NCBI GenBank assembly: GCA_963826785.1 | Contig: CAWGYD010000003.1 | Span: 64,001 to 128,000 of the forward strand | Length of the DNA stretch: 64,000 bases | Origin: an uncultured delta proteobacterium | GTDB taxonomy: Bacteria; Desulfobacterota; Desulfobacteria; Desulfobacterales; Desulfosalsimonadaceae | Reading direction: 5' to 3' | In this document: piece after piece, positions 10,463 through 22,344 of the stretch | Layout: every line of letters begins with the position of its first letter | Numbering within the stretch: the stretch's first letter is position 1 | Position numbers and translations under genes: made by a program | The notes under the pieces: model-generated | What the model was told of the DNA's origin: nothing | What the model saw: only the letters and a program-made list of their open reading frames with translations | The model's database searches: none

Positions 10463-11518
10463 ATGAACCTCCTCGTCACCGGCGGATGCGGATTTATCGG
10501 CGCCAATTTTATCCGGCATCTTCTTTCCAGCACCGATTTTACCGGCAGGATCCTCAACATGGACTGCTTGACCTATGCGGGCAATCCGGAAAACCTCTCG
10601 GACATGAAAGAGATGGATGGCGATCGTTATGAATTCATACATGCCGACATCTGCGATCCTGAGCAGGTAAAACAGATATTTTCCGATTACCGCATCGACA
10701 CCGTCTGCCATTTTGCCGCCGAATCCCATGTGGACCGCTCCATTGTGGGTCCCGACGCCTTTATCCGCACCAATATCATGGGGACCTTCAACCTCCTGGA
10801 AGCCGCCCGGGAAAATCTCAAATCCCTTTACCGGTTTCATCACATCAGCACGGACGAAGTCTTCGGCAGCCTGGGAGCAGACGGCTACTTCACCGAGACC
10901 ACCCCCTACCAGCCCAGCAGCCCCTATTCCGCTTCCAAGGCGGCCTCGGATCACCTGGTGCGCGCTTATTTCACCACCTACGGGCTGCCGGTCACTATCT
11001 CCAATTGTTCCAACAATTACGGTCCCTATCAGTTTCCGGAAAAGCTGATCCCCCTGATGATACTAAACGCACTGGAGCAAAAGCCGCTGCCGGTATACGG
11101 GGACGGCAGAAACGTGCGGGACTGGCTCTATGTGGCGGACCACTGCATCGCCGTCTGGGAGATCATCAAACGCGGACGGGTGGGCGAGACCTACAACATC
11201 GGCGGCAATTGCGAGCTGGCGAATATCGAACTGGTGTCGATGATCTGCGAGGCCATCGACCGTGCCGCGCCCCGGGCGGCCGGCTGCCCGGCTACAGAGC
11301 TGATCACGTTCGTCAAGGACCGGCCCGGTCATGACCGGCGATATGCCATCGATTCGAAAAAACTGCAGAAAGAGCTGGGATGGTCGCCCGCAACCCCCAT
11401 TAAAACGGGACTTGCCCAAACCATCGACTGGTATCTGCAAAATGGCGAGTGGGTCCGCCGGGTGCAAACCGGGGCCTACCGGCAGTGGATCGAAAGCCAA
11501 TACGGGAATGCCGGTTGA
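10463..11518 (+). CDS. rmlB: dTDP-glucose 4,6-dehydratase
   Basis: [47 protein letters not shown]. Confidence 0.96.
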   Translation: MNLLVTGGCGFIGANFIRHLLSSTDFTGRILNMDCLTYAGNPENLSDMKEMDGDRYEFIHADICDPEQVKQIFSDYRIDTVCHFAAESHVDRSIVGPDAFIRTNIMGTFNLLEAARENLKSLYRFHHISTDEVFGSLGADGYFTETTPYQPSSPYSASKAASDHLVRAYFTTYGLPVTISNCSNNYGPYQFPEKLIPLMILNALEQKPLPVYGDGRNVRDWLYVADHCIAVWEIIKRGRVGETYNIGGNCELANIELVSMICEAIDRAAPRAAGCPATELITFVKDRPGHDRRYAIDSKKLQKELGWSPATPIKTGLAQTIDWYLQNGEWVRRVQTGAYRQWIESQYGNAG

Positions 11519-11647
11519 ACCGACGAATTTCTTTTTGATTTTTCACTTTATCCTTTATGATCTTCGTGCCCTTCGCGGTCAATTGCGGGGAATTGAAGGT
11601 CCATCCACTTTGAATCGTATGAAGTTGAATGAGAGGTTTTTAATTTC

Positions 11648-12541
11648 ATGAAAGGAATCATTCTTGCGGGCGGTTCCGGCACCCGGCTCTATCCGCTGAC
11701 CAAGGTCACCAGCAAGCAGCTGCTGCCCATCTATGACAAGCCCATGATCTATTATCCCCTTTCCGTGCTGATGCTGGGCGGCGTCCGGGAATTTTTGATC
11801 ATTTCCACGCCCCAGGACCTGCCCAATTTCAAGAACCTTCTGGGCGACGGCGCATGGCTGGGAATTTCCATCCAGTACCGGGAACAGCCGAAGCCGGAAG
11901 GGATCGCCCAGGCATTTCTCATCGGGGCCGAGTTCATCGGCAACGATCCGGTCTGCCTGATTCTGGGGGATAACCTGTTTTACGGTCACAACCTCTCCGG
12001 AATGCTCAAGAAATGCTACCACAGTCATTGCGGCGCCATGGTATTCGGGTACCGGGTGGTGGACCCGAAGCGCTACGGGGTGGTGGAATTCGATGACGCC
12101 GGCAAGGTGATCGGCATCGAGGAAAAGCCGTCAGACCCCAAGTCCCACTATGCGGTGTCCGGACTCTACGTCTATGACAATCACATCGTGGAGATCGCCT
12201 CTGGTCTGAAGCCGTCCGCCCGGGGGGAACTCGAGATCACGGACGTGAATATGGAATACCTCAAGCGCGGGCAGCTCAAGGTGCAGGTTCTGGGCCGGGG
12301 GTTCGCCTGGCTGGACATGGGGACCCAGAAATCCATGCAGCAGGCCGCCAGCTACATCCGTTCCGTGCAGAGCCGGCAGGGTTTCAAGATCGCCTGTGTG
12401 GAGGAGATCGCCTACCGGCTCGGCTACATTACCCGGGATGACCTGAAAACCATCGCCGCGGGAATGATCAACAGCGAATACGGCCAGTACCTGCAGGAGA
12501 TCTCGGAGGTCAAAATATCGGAGCTGGTCAGATGGCTGTAA
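11648..12541 (+). CDS. rmlA: glucose-1-phosphate thymidylyltransferase
   Basis: [37 protein letters not shown]. Confidence 0.96.
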   Translation: MKGIILAGGSGTRLYPLTKVTSKQLLPIYDKPMIYYPLSVLMLGGVREFLIISTPQDLPNFKNLLGDGAWLGISIQYREQPKPEGIAQAFLIGAEFIGNDPVCLILGDNLFYGHNLSGMLKKCYHSHCGAMVFGYRVVDPKRYGVVEFDDAGKVIGIEEKPSDPKSHYAVSGLYVYDNHIVEIASGLKPSARGELEITDVNMEYLKRGQLKVQVLGRGFAWLDMGTQKSMQQAASYIRSVQSRQGFKIACVEEIAYRLGYITRDDLKTIAAGMINSEYGQYLQEISEVKISELVRWL

Positions 12542-13095
12542 CCGTCACCCCGCTGTCCATCCCTGATGTCCTGCTCATCGAGCCGGATGTTTTTGTCGAC
12601 GACCGGGGATATTTTCTGGAAACATACCACGCCGAGCGCTACGCCCAGGCGGGAGCAGACCGCGTCTTTGTCCAGGACAACCATTCCCGTTCGAGGCAGG
12701 GGGTGGTCAGGGGGCTTCATTATCAGTTAAAAAATGCCCAGTCCAAACTCATCTATGCGGTGCACGGGGAAATTTTTGACGTGGCCGTGGATATCCGGCG
12801 CGGATCCCCGCATTTCGGTAAATGGACCGGCACAATTTTGTCGGATCAGAACAAACGGCAGCTGTTCATTCCCGAAGGGTTCGCCCACGGGTTTTCCGTC
12901 CTGAGTGAGCGTGCGGACGTAATCTACAAATGCAGCGCGCTTTACGCCCCGGACGATGAGTACGGCATCCACTGGGCGGACCCGGCCATCGGCATCCGCT
13001 GGGGGATTGATCAACCCGTTGTTTCGGAAAAAGATGATCGAAATCCCATGCTGGATCGTGCGGCCCCGGAGCATCTGCCAATCTTCAAGGCATGA
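12532..13095 (+). CDS. rmlC: dTDP-4-dehydrorhamnose 3,5-epimerase
   Basis: [31 protein letters not shown]. Confidence 0.96.
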   Translation: MAVTVTPLSIPDVLLIEPDVFVDDRGYFLETYHAERYAQAGADRVFVQDNHSRSRQGVVRGLHYQLKNAQSKLIYAVHGEIFDVAVDIRRGSPHFGKWTGTILSDQNKRQLFIPEGFAHGFSVLSERADVIYKCSALYAPDDEYGIHWADPAIGIRWGIDQPVVSEKDDRNPMLDRAAPEHLPIFKA

Positions 13096-13194
13096 CGGGA
13101 ACATCCCCCCTGACTGCCATCCGATATTCCAAATTCTTTCTTCAACAGTGTCAAATCCGGCCCCTGATTTGTACCCCGGCCAGAATTTTGGCAT

Positions 13195-13228
13195 AAAAAA
13201 AAGAGCTATGGTCAGCCATAACTCTCTT
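13195..13228 (-). terminator. rho-independent terminator after tRNA-Pro
   Basis: Minus strand AGAGTTATGG-CTGA-CCATAGCTCT followed by a T run. Confidence 0.75.
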
Positions 13229-13237
13229 ATATTTAAC

Positions 13238-13314
13238 TGGTCGGGGCGAGAGGATTTGAACCTCCGGCTTCCTGCTCCCAAAGCAGGCGCGCTACCAGAC
13301 TGCGCCACGCCCCG
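13238..13314 (-). tRNA. tRNA-Pro(TGG)
   Basis: CGGGGCG...CGCCCCG-A-CCA acceptor; anticodon arm CCTGC-TTTGGGA-GCAGG; GTTCAAATC T-loop. Confidence 0.97.
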
Positions 13315-13377
13315 CAACCGGTTGGGTTATCTATCACTCTTTTTTTTAACTTGCAAGTTGATAAATCTTTAATCCTT

Positions 13378-14103
13378 TCATTTTTCTGACTGCGACTGCG
13401 GATTTTCCGCCTGAAAAAAAGCGTCCACCGCTTCACGGACATGGTCGGCCATATCATTTAAATAGGCCTCGTCGTTTAACCGGATTTCCGCCTGGGGATT
13501 CGTCAGATACCCGGCCTCGATGACCGCAGCCGGCATATCGAGCCCTTCGAGCAGTCGAATCGGCGCCTTTGATATTTCAATGCCGGGAATGCGGCTGTCC
13601 TCCTTAAATTCCGACCGGAGCGCCTGGGCAAACCCCAGGCTCTTTTTCTGATGCCTTTGTTGCATTGCATCCCAGTATAGACAGCATCCTTCATCCCGCG
13701 GTCCCGGCGGATAAGGCCGCCGGATTGAATTGTCGTCCTGCCGGCCATACACATAAAGGCCCCACCCATTCACATGATAACGGGGGGCGCCGCCGATATG
13801 AATGCTAATGAACAGATCCCCTTTCTGCTGATTGGCAATGGAGACCCGTCGCGTTAATTCCAGCTGGTAATCCCCGGTTCGGGTCATCACCAGCCGGTAT
13901 GCGGACTCCAAACGGGATGCAACCAAACGGGCAAATTTCAGGGAAATTTCTTTTTCAATGCCTCCGCCCGCCCCCAAAACGCCCCGGTCATGGCCGCCGT
14001 GTCCCGGATCGATAATTACAGTCCTGAGGGGATCATCCGCATTCACGGGATGCACCGGCAGGGACGCCCAAATAATGAACAGCCACAGGGCGGCCAGACG
14101 CAT
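13378..14103 (-). CDS. N-acetylmuramoyl-L-alanine amidase (Amidase_3) with signal peptide
   Basis: IIDPGHGGHD, EKE, MTRTGD, FISIH, IEAGYLTN; start placed at MRLAALWL (uncertain). Confidence 0.85.
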   Translation of the reverse strand: MRLAALWLFIIWASLPVHPVNADDPLRTVIIDPGHGGHDRGVLGAGGGIEKEISLKFARLVASRLESAYRLVMTRTGDYQLELTRRVSIANQQKGDLFISIHIGGAPRYHVNGWGLYVYGRQDDNSIRRPYPPGPRDEGCCLYWDAMQQRHQKKSLGFAQALRSEFKEDSRIPGIEISKAPIRLLEGLDMPAAVIEAGYLTNPQAEIRLNDEAYLNDMADHVREAVDAFFQAENPQSQSEK

Positions 14104-14180
14104 GGGGAAAATCCGCACCCGGCTCAGACAAACATATATCCGGTCAAATTTTTGCGCCACTTGCGATTCCTTGATTTTCC

Positions 14181-14209
14181 TTGACACCCTTCTAAATAGA
14201 TATTATTTT
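14181..14209 (+). promoter_or_regulatory. sigma70-type promoter for tRNA-Leu/tig/clpPX
   Basis: TTGACA-N17-TATTTT. Confidence 0.6.
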
Positions 14210-14335
14210 AACAAAAAATGCGGATCAAGAAAAAATTCCTGTGATTTAAAGATGTTGAACAAACCTTTGCGACTTGATACCCGCCTTCGGCCATCATTTT
14301 TTGTACCTGACCCGGTTTAAAAAATAAAGCGAAAA

Positions 14336-14420
14336 GCGAGAGTGGCGGAACTGGTAGACGCACTGGACTTAGGATCCAGCTCTGCAAAGAGTGGGAGTTC
14401 GAGTCTCCCCTCTCGCACCA
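14336..14420 (+). tRNA. tRNA-Leu(TAG)
   Basis: GCGAGAG...CTCTCGC-A-CCA; anticodon arm CTGGA-CTTAGGA-TCCAG; long variable arm. Confidence 0.97.
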
Positions 14421-14485
14421 GCTCCAGATTTGCCGACCCAAAATGTGTTTTTGGGCATAACCATATTTCAGGAAGGAATCCCGAC

Positions 14486-15817
14486 ATGCAAGTCACCGTA
14501 GAAGATATCAGTTCCGTCAAAAAGAAAATCCATGTGGAAATACCCCAGGAGGATGTGGCGCGGGAATTGGACGCAGCCTATTCCAAGCTGAAGAAGAATG
14601 CCAAAATCAAGGGATACCGCCCGGGAAAAACACCCCGGTCCGTGCTGGAACGGGTATTTAAAAAAGATGTGCATTCGGAAGTGGCCGGCACCCTCATTCA
14701 GAACACCTTCATTGACGCATTGAAAGAGCAGGATTTAAACATACTGGGCTCCCCGGAGATCGATCCGGCCGAACTCACTCCGGATGCGCCGTTTTCATAT
14801 AATGCCACGGTTGAACTCAAACCGGAGCTCGCGACCATCGATTTTGAGGGGGTCAAGCTGCAGAAGAAAAAATATGGTGCCTCCAGCGAGGAAGTCGAGA
14901 ATCAGCTCAAGATGATCCGGCATCAGCTGGCGGAATACAAGGTGGTGGAAGAAAGCCGGCCCGCCGCCCAGGATGACTTCGTCGTGATCGATTATGAAGG
15001 ATTCAAGGATGGTCAGCCCTTCGAGCCGACCCAGAAAACCGAAAACCACACGGTAAAAATCGGCCAGGGGTCCATGACCGAAGATTTCGATCAGCAGCTG
15101 GTCGGAATGAAGCCGGGGGAAACCAGGGAATTCAATATCCGCTTTGCTGACGATTATCACAATTCGGAACTGGCCGGCCAGGAAATCACATTCTCCGTCA
15201 CCCTGAAAGAAATCCGGGAACAGATTCTGCCCGCACTCGATGATGAGTTTGCCAAGAAACTCGGTGACTACCAGTCCATTGACCAGGTCCGGGAACAGGT
15301 GATGAAAAATCTGCAGGAAGGATACGAAAAGCGGACCAGCCAGGAACTGCAGGAGCAGATTTTCAATAAGCTGATGACCCAGGATGTCGAATTACCGGAA
15401 CAACTGGTGCAATTTGAACTCGACGGCATTATCGCAGACGCGCAGATGCGCTTTTCCCAGAACAATATCTCCATGGAGGAACTGGGGCTGACCAGGGAAG
15501 CCATGTCCGAACAATACCGGGATCTGGCGGAAAAACAGGTGCGCCGCCATCTCTTCCTGGGAAAAATCATTGAACAGGAAAAGATGACGGTCACGGATGA
15601 GGAACTGGAGGCGGAATATTCTACCTTCGCCCGATCTTTGGGACAACCGATAGATATAATAAAACAATTTTACAATGCCCATCCGGACAAGCTCGACGGC
15701 TTCAAACATGCCCTACTTGAAAAGAAAGCGATTGACCTTATTATTGAAAAAGCAGACGTTGAGGAAGTCGAGCCGGGTACCGAGCCTGCCGGTTCATCTC
15801 CGGAACCCACTGAATAA
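14486..15817 (+). CDS. tig: trigger factor
   Basis: MQVTVE start, GYRPGK ribosome-binding motif, FKBP-like VIDYEG; followed by clpPX. Confidence 0.95.
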   Translation: MQVTVEDISSVKKKIHVEIPQEDVARELDAAYSKLKKNAKIKGYRPGKTPRSVLERVFKKDVHSEVAGTLIQNTFIDALKEQDLNILGSPEIDPAELTPDAPFSYNATVELKPELATIDFEGVKLQKKKYGASSEEVENQLKMIRHQLAEYKVVEESRPAAQDDFVVIDYEGFKDGQPFEPTQKTENHTVKIGQGSMTEDFDQQLVGMKPGETREFNIRFADDYHNSELAGQEITFSVTLKEIREQILPALDDEFAKKLGDYQSIDQVREQVMKNLQEGYEKRTSQELQEQIFNKLMTQDVELPEQLVQFELDGIIADAQMRFSQNNISMEELGLTREAMSEQYRDLAEKQVRRHLFLGKIIEQEKMTVTDEELEAEYSTFARSLGQPIDIIKQFYNAHPDKLDGFKHALLEKKAIDLIIEKADVEEVEPGTEPAGSSPEPTE

Positions 15818-15843
15818 TTGCACCAGCCACAAGGAGGCCGACA

Positions 15844-16458
15844 TTGCCGTTAATTCCAATGGTAATCGAACAGACCAGCAAGGGAGAGCGGGCTTACGAT
15901 ATTTATTCGAGACTGCTGAAAGACCGAATCGTTTTCCTGGGCACTGCGATCAATGATGAAATAGCCAATTTGCTGATCGCACAGATGCTTTTTCTGGAAT
16001 CAGACGATCCGGACAAGGATATTAATTTTTATATCAATTCGCCGGGCGGTTCGGTGACTGCAGGCATGGCGGTATACGATACCATGCAGTATATCAAATC
16101 CGACATAACGACGGTGTGCATCGGACAGGCCGCAAGCATGAGCGCCCTTCTGCTGGCAGCCGGGGCACCGAAGAAACGGTACTCTCTTCCCAACTCCCGT
16201 ATCATGATCCACCAGCCCATGGGCGGCGTTCAGGGTCAGGCATCGGATATAAAGATCCAGGCCGAAGAAATCATCCGGTTGAGGGGGAAATTGAATGATA
16301 TACTGGCGTTTCACACCAAGAAAGATTTGAAGCAAATCGAGAAGGACACCGACCGGGATTTTTTCATGGCCGGTGAAGAAGCCCGGGAATACGGGATTAT
16401 TGATCACGTGATCAATAACCGTGGCGACCTGGACAAAATATTGGATACGGAGGCCTAA
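15844..16458 (+). CDS. clpP: ATP-dependent Clp protease proteolytic subunit
   Basis: [33 protein letters not shown] start after AAGGAGG. Confidence 0.97.
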   Translation: MPLIPMVIEQTSKGERAYDIYSRLLKDRIVFLGTAINDEIANLLIAQMLFLESDDPDKDINFYINSPGGSVTAGMAVYDTMQYIKSDITTVCIGQAASMSALLLAAGAPKKRYSLPNSRIMIHQPMGGVQGQASDIKIQAEEIIRLRGKLNDILAFHTKKDLKQIEKDTDRDFFMAGEEAREYGIIDHVINNRGDLDKILDTEA

Positions 16459-16460
16459 TA

Positions 16461-17708
16461 ATGTCGATCAGAGGCGATGAAGGGAGTGACAACCTCTTCT
16501 GTTCCTTCTGCGGAAAAAACCAGCAAGAGGTTAAAAAGCTCATTGCAGGCCCCGCTGTATATATTTGCGATGAATGTATCCAGCTGTGCAGTGAAATCAT
16601 AGAAGAAGAGACCATCAAGGATACGGATCATGCCAACCGGCTGATGCCGCCCGCAGAAATCAAGTGCAAGCTGGATGAGTATGTCATCCAGCAGGATCGC
16701 GCCAAAAAAGTGCTTTCCGTCGCGGTTCACAACCATTACAAGCGGCTGGATTCAGCCGTCATCACAGACGATGTGGAAATTCAGAAAAGCAACATCCTGC
16801 TCATCGGGCCCACAGGGAGCGGAAAAACCCTGCTGGCCCAGACCCTGGCCCGGTTTTTAAATGTCCCGTTCACGATTGCAGACGCCACCAGCCTTACCGA
16901 GGCGGGCTACGTGGGTGAGGATGTGGAGAATATCGTCCTTTCCCTGCTGCAGAACGCGGATTATGATGTCGAAAAAGCCCAGCGGGGAATTGTGTATATT
17001 GATGAAATTGACAAGATCGCCCAGATGTCGGACAACCCTTCCATAACCCGGGATGTATCCGGTGAAGGGGTCCAGCAGGCGCTGCTCAAGATCATCGAGG
17101 GGACCATGGCCAGCGTGCCGCCCAAGGGCGGGCGCAAACACCCCCAGCAGGATTTCGTCAAGGTGGATACGGCCAATATCCTGTTCATCTGCGGCGGAAC
17201 CTTCACCAATCTGGAACAGATCATTCGTCGGCGCATCGGCTCCAAAACAATGGGGTTTGGTGCCAAGGTGCTGAGCCAGACCGAGGCGACCACCGGTGAC
17301 ATTCTGAAAATGGTGGAACCCGAAGATTTGATCAAGTTCGGCCTGATTCCCGAATTTGTGGGTCGGTTGCCCGTCATGGCCACCCTGGAGAATCTGGATG
17401 AAAATGCGCTGATTCGCATCCTGACCGAACCCAGAAACGCCATCATCAAACAGTTTCAGAAGCTGTTTGAAATAGAAGGGGTAAATTTGCGGTTTACGGA
17501 CAGCGCCCTTTCGGCCATTGCAAACAAGAGCATCCAGCGGAAATCCGGTGCCCGGGGCTTGAGGGCCATACTGGAAAAAACCATGCTCGACATCATGTAC
17601 GACCTCCCGTCCATCGGCGGAGTCAAAGAATGTGTGGTGGGAGAGGAAGTGATCCTCAACAGCGAGGAACCGATCCTGCTCTACGAAAAATCAAAAAAAC
17701 AAGCGTAA
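16461..17708 (+). CDS. clpX: ATP-dependent Clp protease ATP-binding subunit
   Basis: CSFCGK zinc finger, [25 protein letters not shown]. Confidence 0.97.
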   Translation: MSIRGDEGSDNLFCSFCGKNQQEVKKLIAGPAVYICDECIQLCSEIIEEETIKDTDHANRLMPPAEIKCKLDEYVIQQDRAKKVLSVAVHNHYKRLDSAVITDDVEIQKSNILLIGPTGSGKTLLAQTLARFLNVPFTIADATSLTEAGYVGEDVENIVLSLLQNADYDVEKAQRGIVYIDEIDKIAQMSDNPSITRDVSGEGVQQALLKIIEGTMASVPPKGGRKHPQQDFVKVDTANILFICGGTFTNLEQIIRRRIGSKTMGFGAKVLSQTEATTGDILKMVEPEDLIKFGLIPEFVGRLPVMATLENLDENALIRILTEPRNAIIKQFQKLFEIEGVNLRFTDSALSAIANKSIQRKSGARGLRAILEKTMLDIMYDLPSIGGVKECVVGEEVILNSEEPILLYEKSKKQA

Positions 17709-17716
17709 AATGCTAT

Positions 17717-17748
17717 GTTGTGCGGCGCTTTGATGAGCGCCGCACAAC
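17717..17748. terminator. 13-bp perfect hairpin after clpX (terminator or processing stem)
   Basis: GTTGTGCGGCGCT-TTGATG-AGCGCCGCACAAC; no adjacent U tract. Confidence 0.55.
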
Positions 17749-17928
17749 GATCACTATCGTTTTATGCCAGTCTTGATCAGCGAATGGATTGCGGATTTTT
17801 TCCGGTAATCAGATTTGCCCGACCTGTTTATTTTCTTTCCTGGTAAATATCGCTGCCGGCGATCGTCCGCTTCCGAGTCAATCATTTTGAAAACCATCTC
17901 AAACTTCAAACAAAAGATATATAGAACC

Positions 17929-20370
17929 ATGATTAATATACCTAAAATGTTCAAGTCAGATGATGCGCCCGGCTCCGGTTCTTCCGGACTGACGCTGCCG
18001 CTTCTACCCCTGCGGGACATTGTCGTGTTCCCCCATATGATCTCCCCTCTGTTCGTAGGCCGTTCAAAATCGATCAACGCGATTTCCGAGGCCATGAATT
18101 CAGAGGAAAAATATATCATGCTGGCTACCCAGTCCGAGCCTGGAAAGGAAAATCCGCAGGCTGAAGATATTCAGAAGATCGGGACCATTGCAAAAATCCT
18201 GCAGATGCTGCGTCTTCCGGACGGAACGGTCAAAACCGTGGCCCAAGGCAAGTACCGGGCACGAATCCTCGATTTTAAAACCAATGAAAGTTTTTTTCAG
18301 GTGGGCGTGGAACTGCTCGAAGAGCCGTCCATTGACGAATCCGAAAAGCAGGCGTTTTTCAATAACATCATTGAAAATTTCAAGGATTACGCCTCACTGA
18401 ACAAGAATGTCACCAAGGAAACGGTTAATAACATAACCGCCATTACCGATCCCATGACCATGATCTACACGGTGGCGGGCCAGTTCTCCTTTAAAACGCC
18501 GGACAACCAGAAGCTGCTGGATACCATTTCCACCAAGGAACGCCTGGCGCTTTTGATTGAACTGATCCGGCAGGAGATTGTCGTTCTCAAGACCGACAAG
18601 AACATCAAGGAACGCATCCGGCAGCAGATGGAGAAAAGCCAGAAGAATTACTATCTGAACGAGCAGATGCGGGCCATCAAGCAGGAAATGGGAGGCGACG
18701 AGAGCGAGGCCGACGAACTCAAGGAACTGGAAGAAAAGATCAATGCCAAGAAGATGTCCAAGGAGGCGGATGCAAAGGTTCGGCATGAGTTCAAGAAGCT
18801 GCAGATGATGACCCCCATGTCCGCGGAAGCCACCGTGGTCAGAAACTATATCGACTGGCTGATCAGCCTCCCCTGGGAGGACATGAGCGAGGCGCATACC
18901 GACATCGATAAAGCCCAGCAGATTCTCAACGAAGACCATTTCGGGCTGGAAAAGCCCAAGGAACGGATACTGGAGTATCTGGCGGTCCAGGCTCTGGTCA
19001 AGAAGATCCGCGGCCCGATTCTCTGCCTGGTCGGCCCTCCGGGGGTGGGCAAGACATCTCTGGCCAAATCCGTTGCCCGGGCCACGGGGCGTGAATTCAT
19101 CCGGCTCTCCCTGGGCGGGGTGCGGGATGAAGCCGAGATTCGGGGCCACCGCCGCACCTATATCGGCGCCATGCCCGGAAAGATTATCCAGTCCCTGCGC
19201 AAGGCCAGCGTCAACAACCCGGTATTCTGCCTGGACGAGGTGGACAAGATGAGCATGGATTTCCGTGGGGATCCATCGTCTGCGCTGCTGGAGGTTCTGG
19301 ATCCGGAGCAGAATTACGCCTTCAACGACCATTACCTGGATGTGGATTATGATTTGAGCGATATCATGTTCATTACCACCGCCAATACGCTCCATGACAT
19401 CCCCCTGCCCCTTCAGGACCGGATGGAGATCATCCGCCTGTCCGGGTATACCGAAGTGGAGAAATACCATATTGCCAGGGATTTCCTGGTGCCCAAGCAG
19501 ATCACCCGCAACGGTCTGGACGTGGAAAAGGTGAGTTTTTCGGAAAATGCCGTCTACACCGTCATCCGGGATTATACCCGTGAAGCCGGCGTGCGGAACC
19601 TGGAGCGGGAAATCGGCTCCGTCTGCCGCAAAGTGGCCAAGGATCTGGTCAGGGAAAAAACCGACAAGCTGATCAATATTACCGCGCCGTCGGTGCAGAA
19701 GTACCTGGGCCCCGCCCAGTTCAGGCATTCTCAGGTGGAGGAAGAAGACATGGTGGGCATCGTCACCGGCCTGGCCTGGACCCAGTTTGGCGGCGAACTG
19801 CTTTCCATCGAATCCGTCATCATGCCGGGAAAGGGCGATTTCCGGGTTACCGGTAAAATCGGCGATGTCATGAAGGAATCTGCGGGTGCGGCCATCAGTT
19901 ATGTCCGGTCTCGCTCCGCGCAGTTCAACATAGAACAGGATTTCTACCAGAAATATGACATCCATGTTCATGTTCCGGAAGGCGCGATCCCCAAGGATGG
20001 CCCGTCGGCGGGAATCGCCCTGTGCACTTCCATTATCTCGGCGCTGACCAAACTCCCCGTTCACCGGACCATCGCCATGACCGGGGAGATCACATTGCGC
20101 GGCCGGGTCCTGCCCATCGGCGGACTCAAGGAAAAGATACTGGCGGCCCATCGTGCCGGCATTACGCAGGTCCTGATACCCAAGGAAAATGAAAAGGACC
20201 TCAACGATATACCGCCCAGCGTGCTCAAGCAGGTGCAGATCACGCCGGTGGAGCACATGGATGAAGTGGTGGACAAAGCCATTATCGAGATGGAAGGCAA
20301 GCCGCTGTATAACCATGATTACAAGGCATCCGGAAACTCGACCGGGGTATCCGATCTTGCGCTCCAGTAA
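17929..20370 (+). CDS. lon: Lon protease
   Basis: LPLRD N-domain, [30 protein letters not shown]; start approximate. Confidence 0.97.
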   Translation: MINIPKMFKSDDAPGSGSSGLTLPLLPLRDIVVFPHMISPLFVGRSKSINAISEAMNSEEKYIMLATQSEPGKENPQAEDIQKIGTIAKILQMLRLPDGTVKTVAQGKYRARILDFKTNESFFQVGVELLEEPSIDESEKQAFFNNIIENFKDYASLNKNVTKETVNNITAITDPMTMIYTVAGQFSFKTPDNQKLLDTISTKERLALLIELIRQEIVVLKTDKNIKERIRQQMEKSQKNYYLNEQMRAIKQEMGGDESEADELKELEEKINAKKMSKEADAKVRHEFKKLQMMTPMSAEATVVRNYIDWLISLPWEDMSEAHTDIDKAQQILNEDHFGLEKPKERILEYLAVQALVKKIRGPILCLVGPPGVGKTSLAKSVARATGREFIRLSLGGVRDEAEIRGHRRTYIGAMPGKIIQSLRKASVNNPVFCLDEVDKMSMDFRGDPSSALLEVLDPEQNYAFNDHYLDVDYDLSDIMFITTANTLHDIPLPLQDRMEIIRLSGYTEVEKYHIARDFLVPKQITRNGLDVEKVSFSENAVYTVIRDYTREAGVRNLEREIGSVCRKVAKDLVREKTDKLINITAPSVQKYLGPAQFRHSQVEEEDMVGIVTGLAWTQFGGELLSIESVIMPGKGDFRVTGKIGDVMKESAGAAISYVRSRSAQFNIEQDFYQKYDIHVHVPEGAIPKDGPSAGIALCTSIISALTKLPVHRTIAMTGEITLRGRVLPIGGLKEKILAAHRAGITQVLIPKENEKDLNDIPPSVLKQVQITPVEHMDEVVDKAIIEMEGKPLYNHDYKASGNSTGVSDLALQ

Positions 20371-20455
20371 CTTGGAAATTAAACTGTTGTGATACATGTT
20401 TTTGTCTTGACAGGGCATGTGCAACCTGTTAGTTAGCATGACTTAACGACATCTC

Positions 20456-20531
20456 GGGCGGGTAGCTCAGTTGGGAGAGCGGCGGCCTTACAAGCCGTAG
20501 GTCACAGGTTCGAGCCCTGTTCCGCCTACCA
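20456..20531 (+). tRNA. tRNA-Val(TAC)
   Basis: Cloverleaf; anticodon loop CTTACAA; ends in ACCA. Confidence 0.97.
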
Positions 20532-20559
20532 CGATGATGATAAAAAAACACACCCATGC

Positions 20560-20636
<77 letters not shown>

Positions 20637-20647
20637 CTAATAAATTG

Positions 20648-20679
20648 AGGGGTTCAGAGAAAATCTGAACCCCTTTTTT
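20648..20679 (+). terminator. rho-independent terminator after tRNA-Asp
   Basis: AGGGGTTCAGA-GAAAA-TCTGAACCCCT followed by a T run. Confidence 0.85.
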
Positions 20680-20975
20680 ATTTCCTTTTGTTCCCGTTTT
20701 CCAACCCGCAAAACCTATGATCTATCGGCATCGGTTGATTCATCCGCCAATATGGTTATTTTAATGATAATCTTGGCGCATGCCCGCTTTGAGTTTCAGG
20801 CGTCAACGGCCAGCGGTCAGTTGCAACAACGGAAAAGACCAGATCAGTGTATACAAAAAGTGTTGCTCTGGCAGGGACCGGATATAAAACCCGGGTGTCC
20901 GCTTTTGCTGTGGAGTTACCGGAATTTTATTCCGGGGGGAAGAAAATGGATCATATATGAGCGTTGGGAGGAAAC

Positions 20976-21314
20976 ATGGCAATCGATATGCTGCTGCAGA
21001 AGGCGGAAAAATTTGAGATCGAAATGTACAAGAAGCCCAAGGATGCCCAAAGCCTTGCCCGAACTCATGTGGCCTTCACCGGCTCTCCCCAGAAACACCC
21101 CTATGACGGCAAGAAGGTGATCCTGATGATTGACCCCTACAGCACTTCGCTTTCTTATTACGAATTTAAGAAATCGGACATTTCCTATGTCGAGGAACTC
21201 TACAGCCTCGTTAATCCGGATGGCGAATGCTATACCATGGCGCGCGTCTGGGTCAAAAAAATGAGCGTGGGGGTTCGGGCCACACCGTTTATAGTTGCCG
21301 ATATCCGAAGTTGA
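20976..21314 (+). CDS. small conserved hypothetical protein (I recall this family being labelled 'Ppa' in annotations)
   Basis: GGAGG SD then ATG; FTGSPQKHPYD, YYEF, ARVWVKK; no DxDxxD pyrophosphatase signature. Confidence 0.6.
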   Translation: MAIDMLLQKAEKFEIEMYKKPKDAQSLARTHVAFTGSPQKHPYDGKKVILMIDPYSTSLSYYEFKKSDISYVEELYSLVNPDGECYTMARVWVKKMSVGVRATPFIVADIRS

Positions 21315-21387
21315 TTCAGTTGGAAACGCCCTACGATTTCATTCCCCAGGATCGAATCGAACAAAAATTCCTGTTGTCCGATCGGCT

Positions 21388-22335
21388 TCAGGTGTCTTCT
21401 TTTTTCCTCGCCAGGACCAGATAAAGGGAATAAATCTTGTGGTCAAACGGGGTGATCCGATCGAGGAAAATGGCTGTCAGATTGAGCAGGGGCGACAACC
21501 CCAGAAACAGGATGAATATGGCCAGTTGAAACAGCTTGGTGCCGGCATTTTGATTGTATCGGCTGTTTCGGACGAGGGTGGTATAGGCCAGATAGAGGAT
21601 GGACAGCCAGGATTTGGACGGAAAATACTCCTCGACCACCTCCAGATGATTTTCCTCGAGCATCTGCGCATACCCGAACCGGGTGATATTAAAATAATTA
21701 AAGGGAATCCGATGGGAGGGGTAGACATCTCCCGGTCCCCCCAGGATCAGATGCCCGCCGGGTTTGAGTATTCGGGAAAGTTCGGCCATATGCCGCCGGG
21801 GATCATTGACATGCTCGATGACAAAATAGCTGATGATGCGGCCAAAAGCCTTTGACCGGATGGGGATCTTTTCCATACTGGCATTGATATCCGGAAAAAA
21901 TCCGGGTGCGGGCAGGACGTTCTTGCTGGCAAAATCCTCCATGGTGATACAGTTTTCGGGCCCGACATACGCCAGCAGCCTCTTTTCTTCCGGTTCAAGA
22001 AACAGTGTCGCGCCATTTCCGGTTCTATCGATCCAGTTCATGATCTTTTTCCGGGCATTGGCAAATCCGATCCCGCCTCCGGCAAAGACGGAGGTCAAGA
22101 TCCTTGAATCCAGATACTGACTGAAAAACCGGCTCAGCCGGGATAAAAATCCGATATTCTCATAGAGGCGGACCGGTCCGGAAAAGTCGATCCCCTCAAA
22201 ATCGATCATCTGGTGAACCACCGGGTACTTCCTGCCGGAGATACGATCCGTAAGGGTGGAACCGGAGATCTCAAAGTCGGCGGGCACATCGGAATCGGGA
22301 TGTTTTAAAAAAGGTATCCGTTGTTCAGGTTGCAT
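21388..22335 (-). CDS. class I SAM-methyltransferase-fold protein with Trm112-like N-terminus
   Basis: VIEHVNDP, ELSRILKPGG, HRIPFNYF; motif I is degenerate (LFLEPEE). Confidence 0.7.
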   Translation of the reverse strand: MQPEQRIPFLKHPDSDVPADFEISGSTLTDRISGRKYPVVHQMIDFEGIDFSGPVRLYENIGFLSRLSRFFSQYLDSRILTSVFAGGGIGFANARKKIMNWIDRTGNGATLFLEPEEKRLLAYVGPENCITMEDFASKNVLPAPGFFPDINASMEKIPIRSKAFGRIISYFVIEHVNDPRRHMAELSRILKPGGHLILGGPGDVYPSHRIPFNYFNITRFGYAQMLEENHLEVVEEYFPSKSWLSILYLAYTTLVRNSRYNQNAGTKLFQLAIFILFLGLSPLLNLTAIFLDRITPFDHKIYSLYLVLARKKEDT

Positions 22336-22344
22336 GTTTTTCCT

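Noticed and set aside
12727..13317. 196-aa minus-strand ORF
   Set aside because: It begins inside tRNA-Pro and runs antisense to rmlC.
14342..14485. N-terminal extension of the tig ORF
   Set aside because: It is read-through of tRNA-Leu; the real start is MQVTVE at 14486 with an SD.
18394..20439. 681-aa antisense ORF over lon, and similar long shadow ORFs over rmlD, the Sel1 gene, gpsA and the YkgJ genes
   Set aside because: They mirror well-supported genes, as expected from high GC3 codon bias, and show no recognisable motifs.
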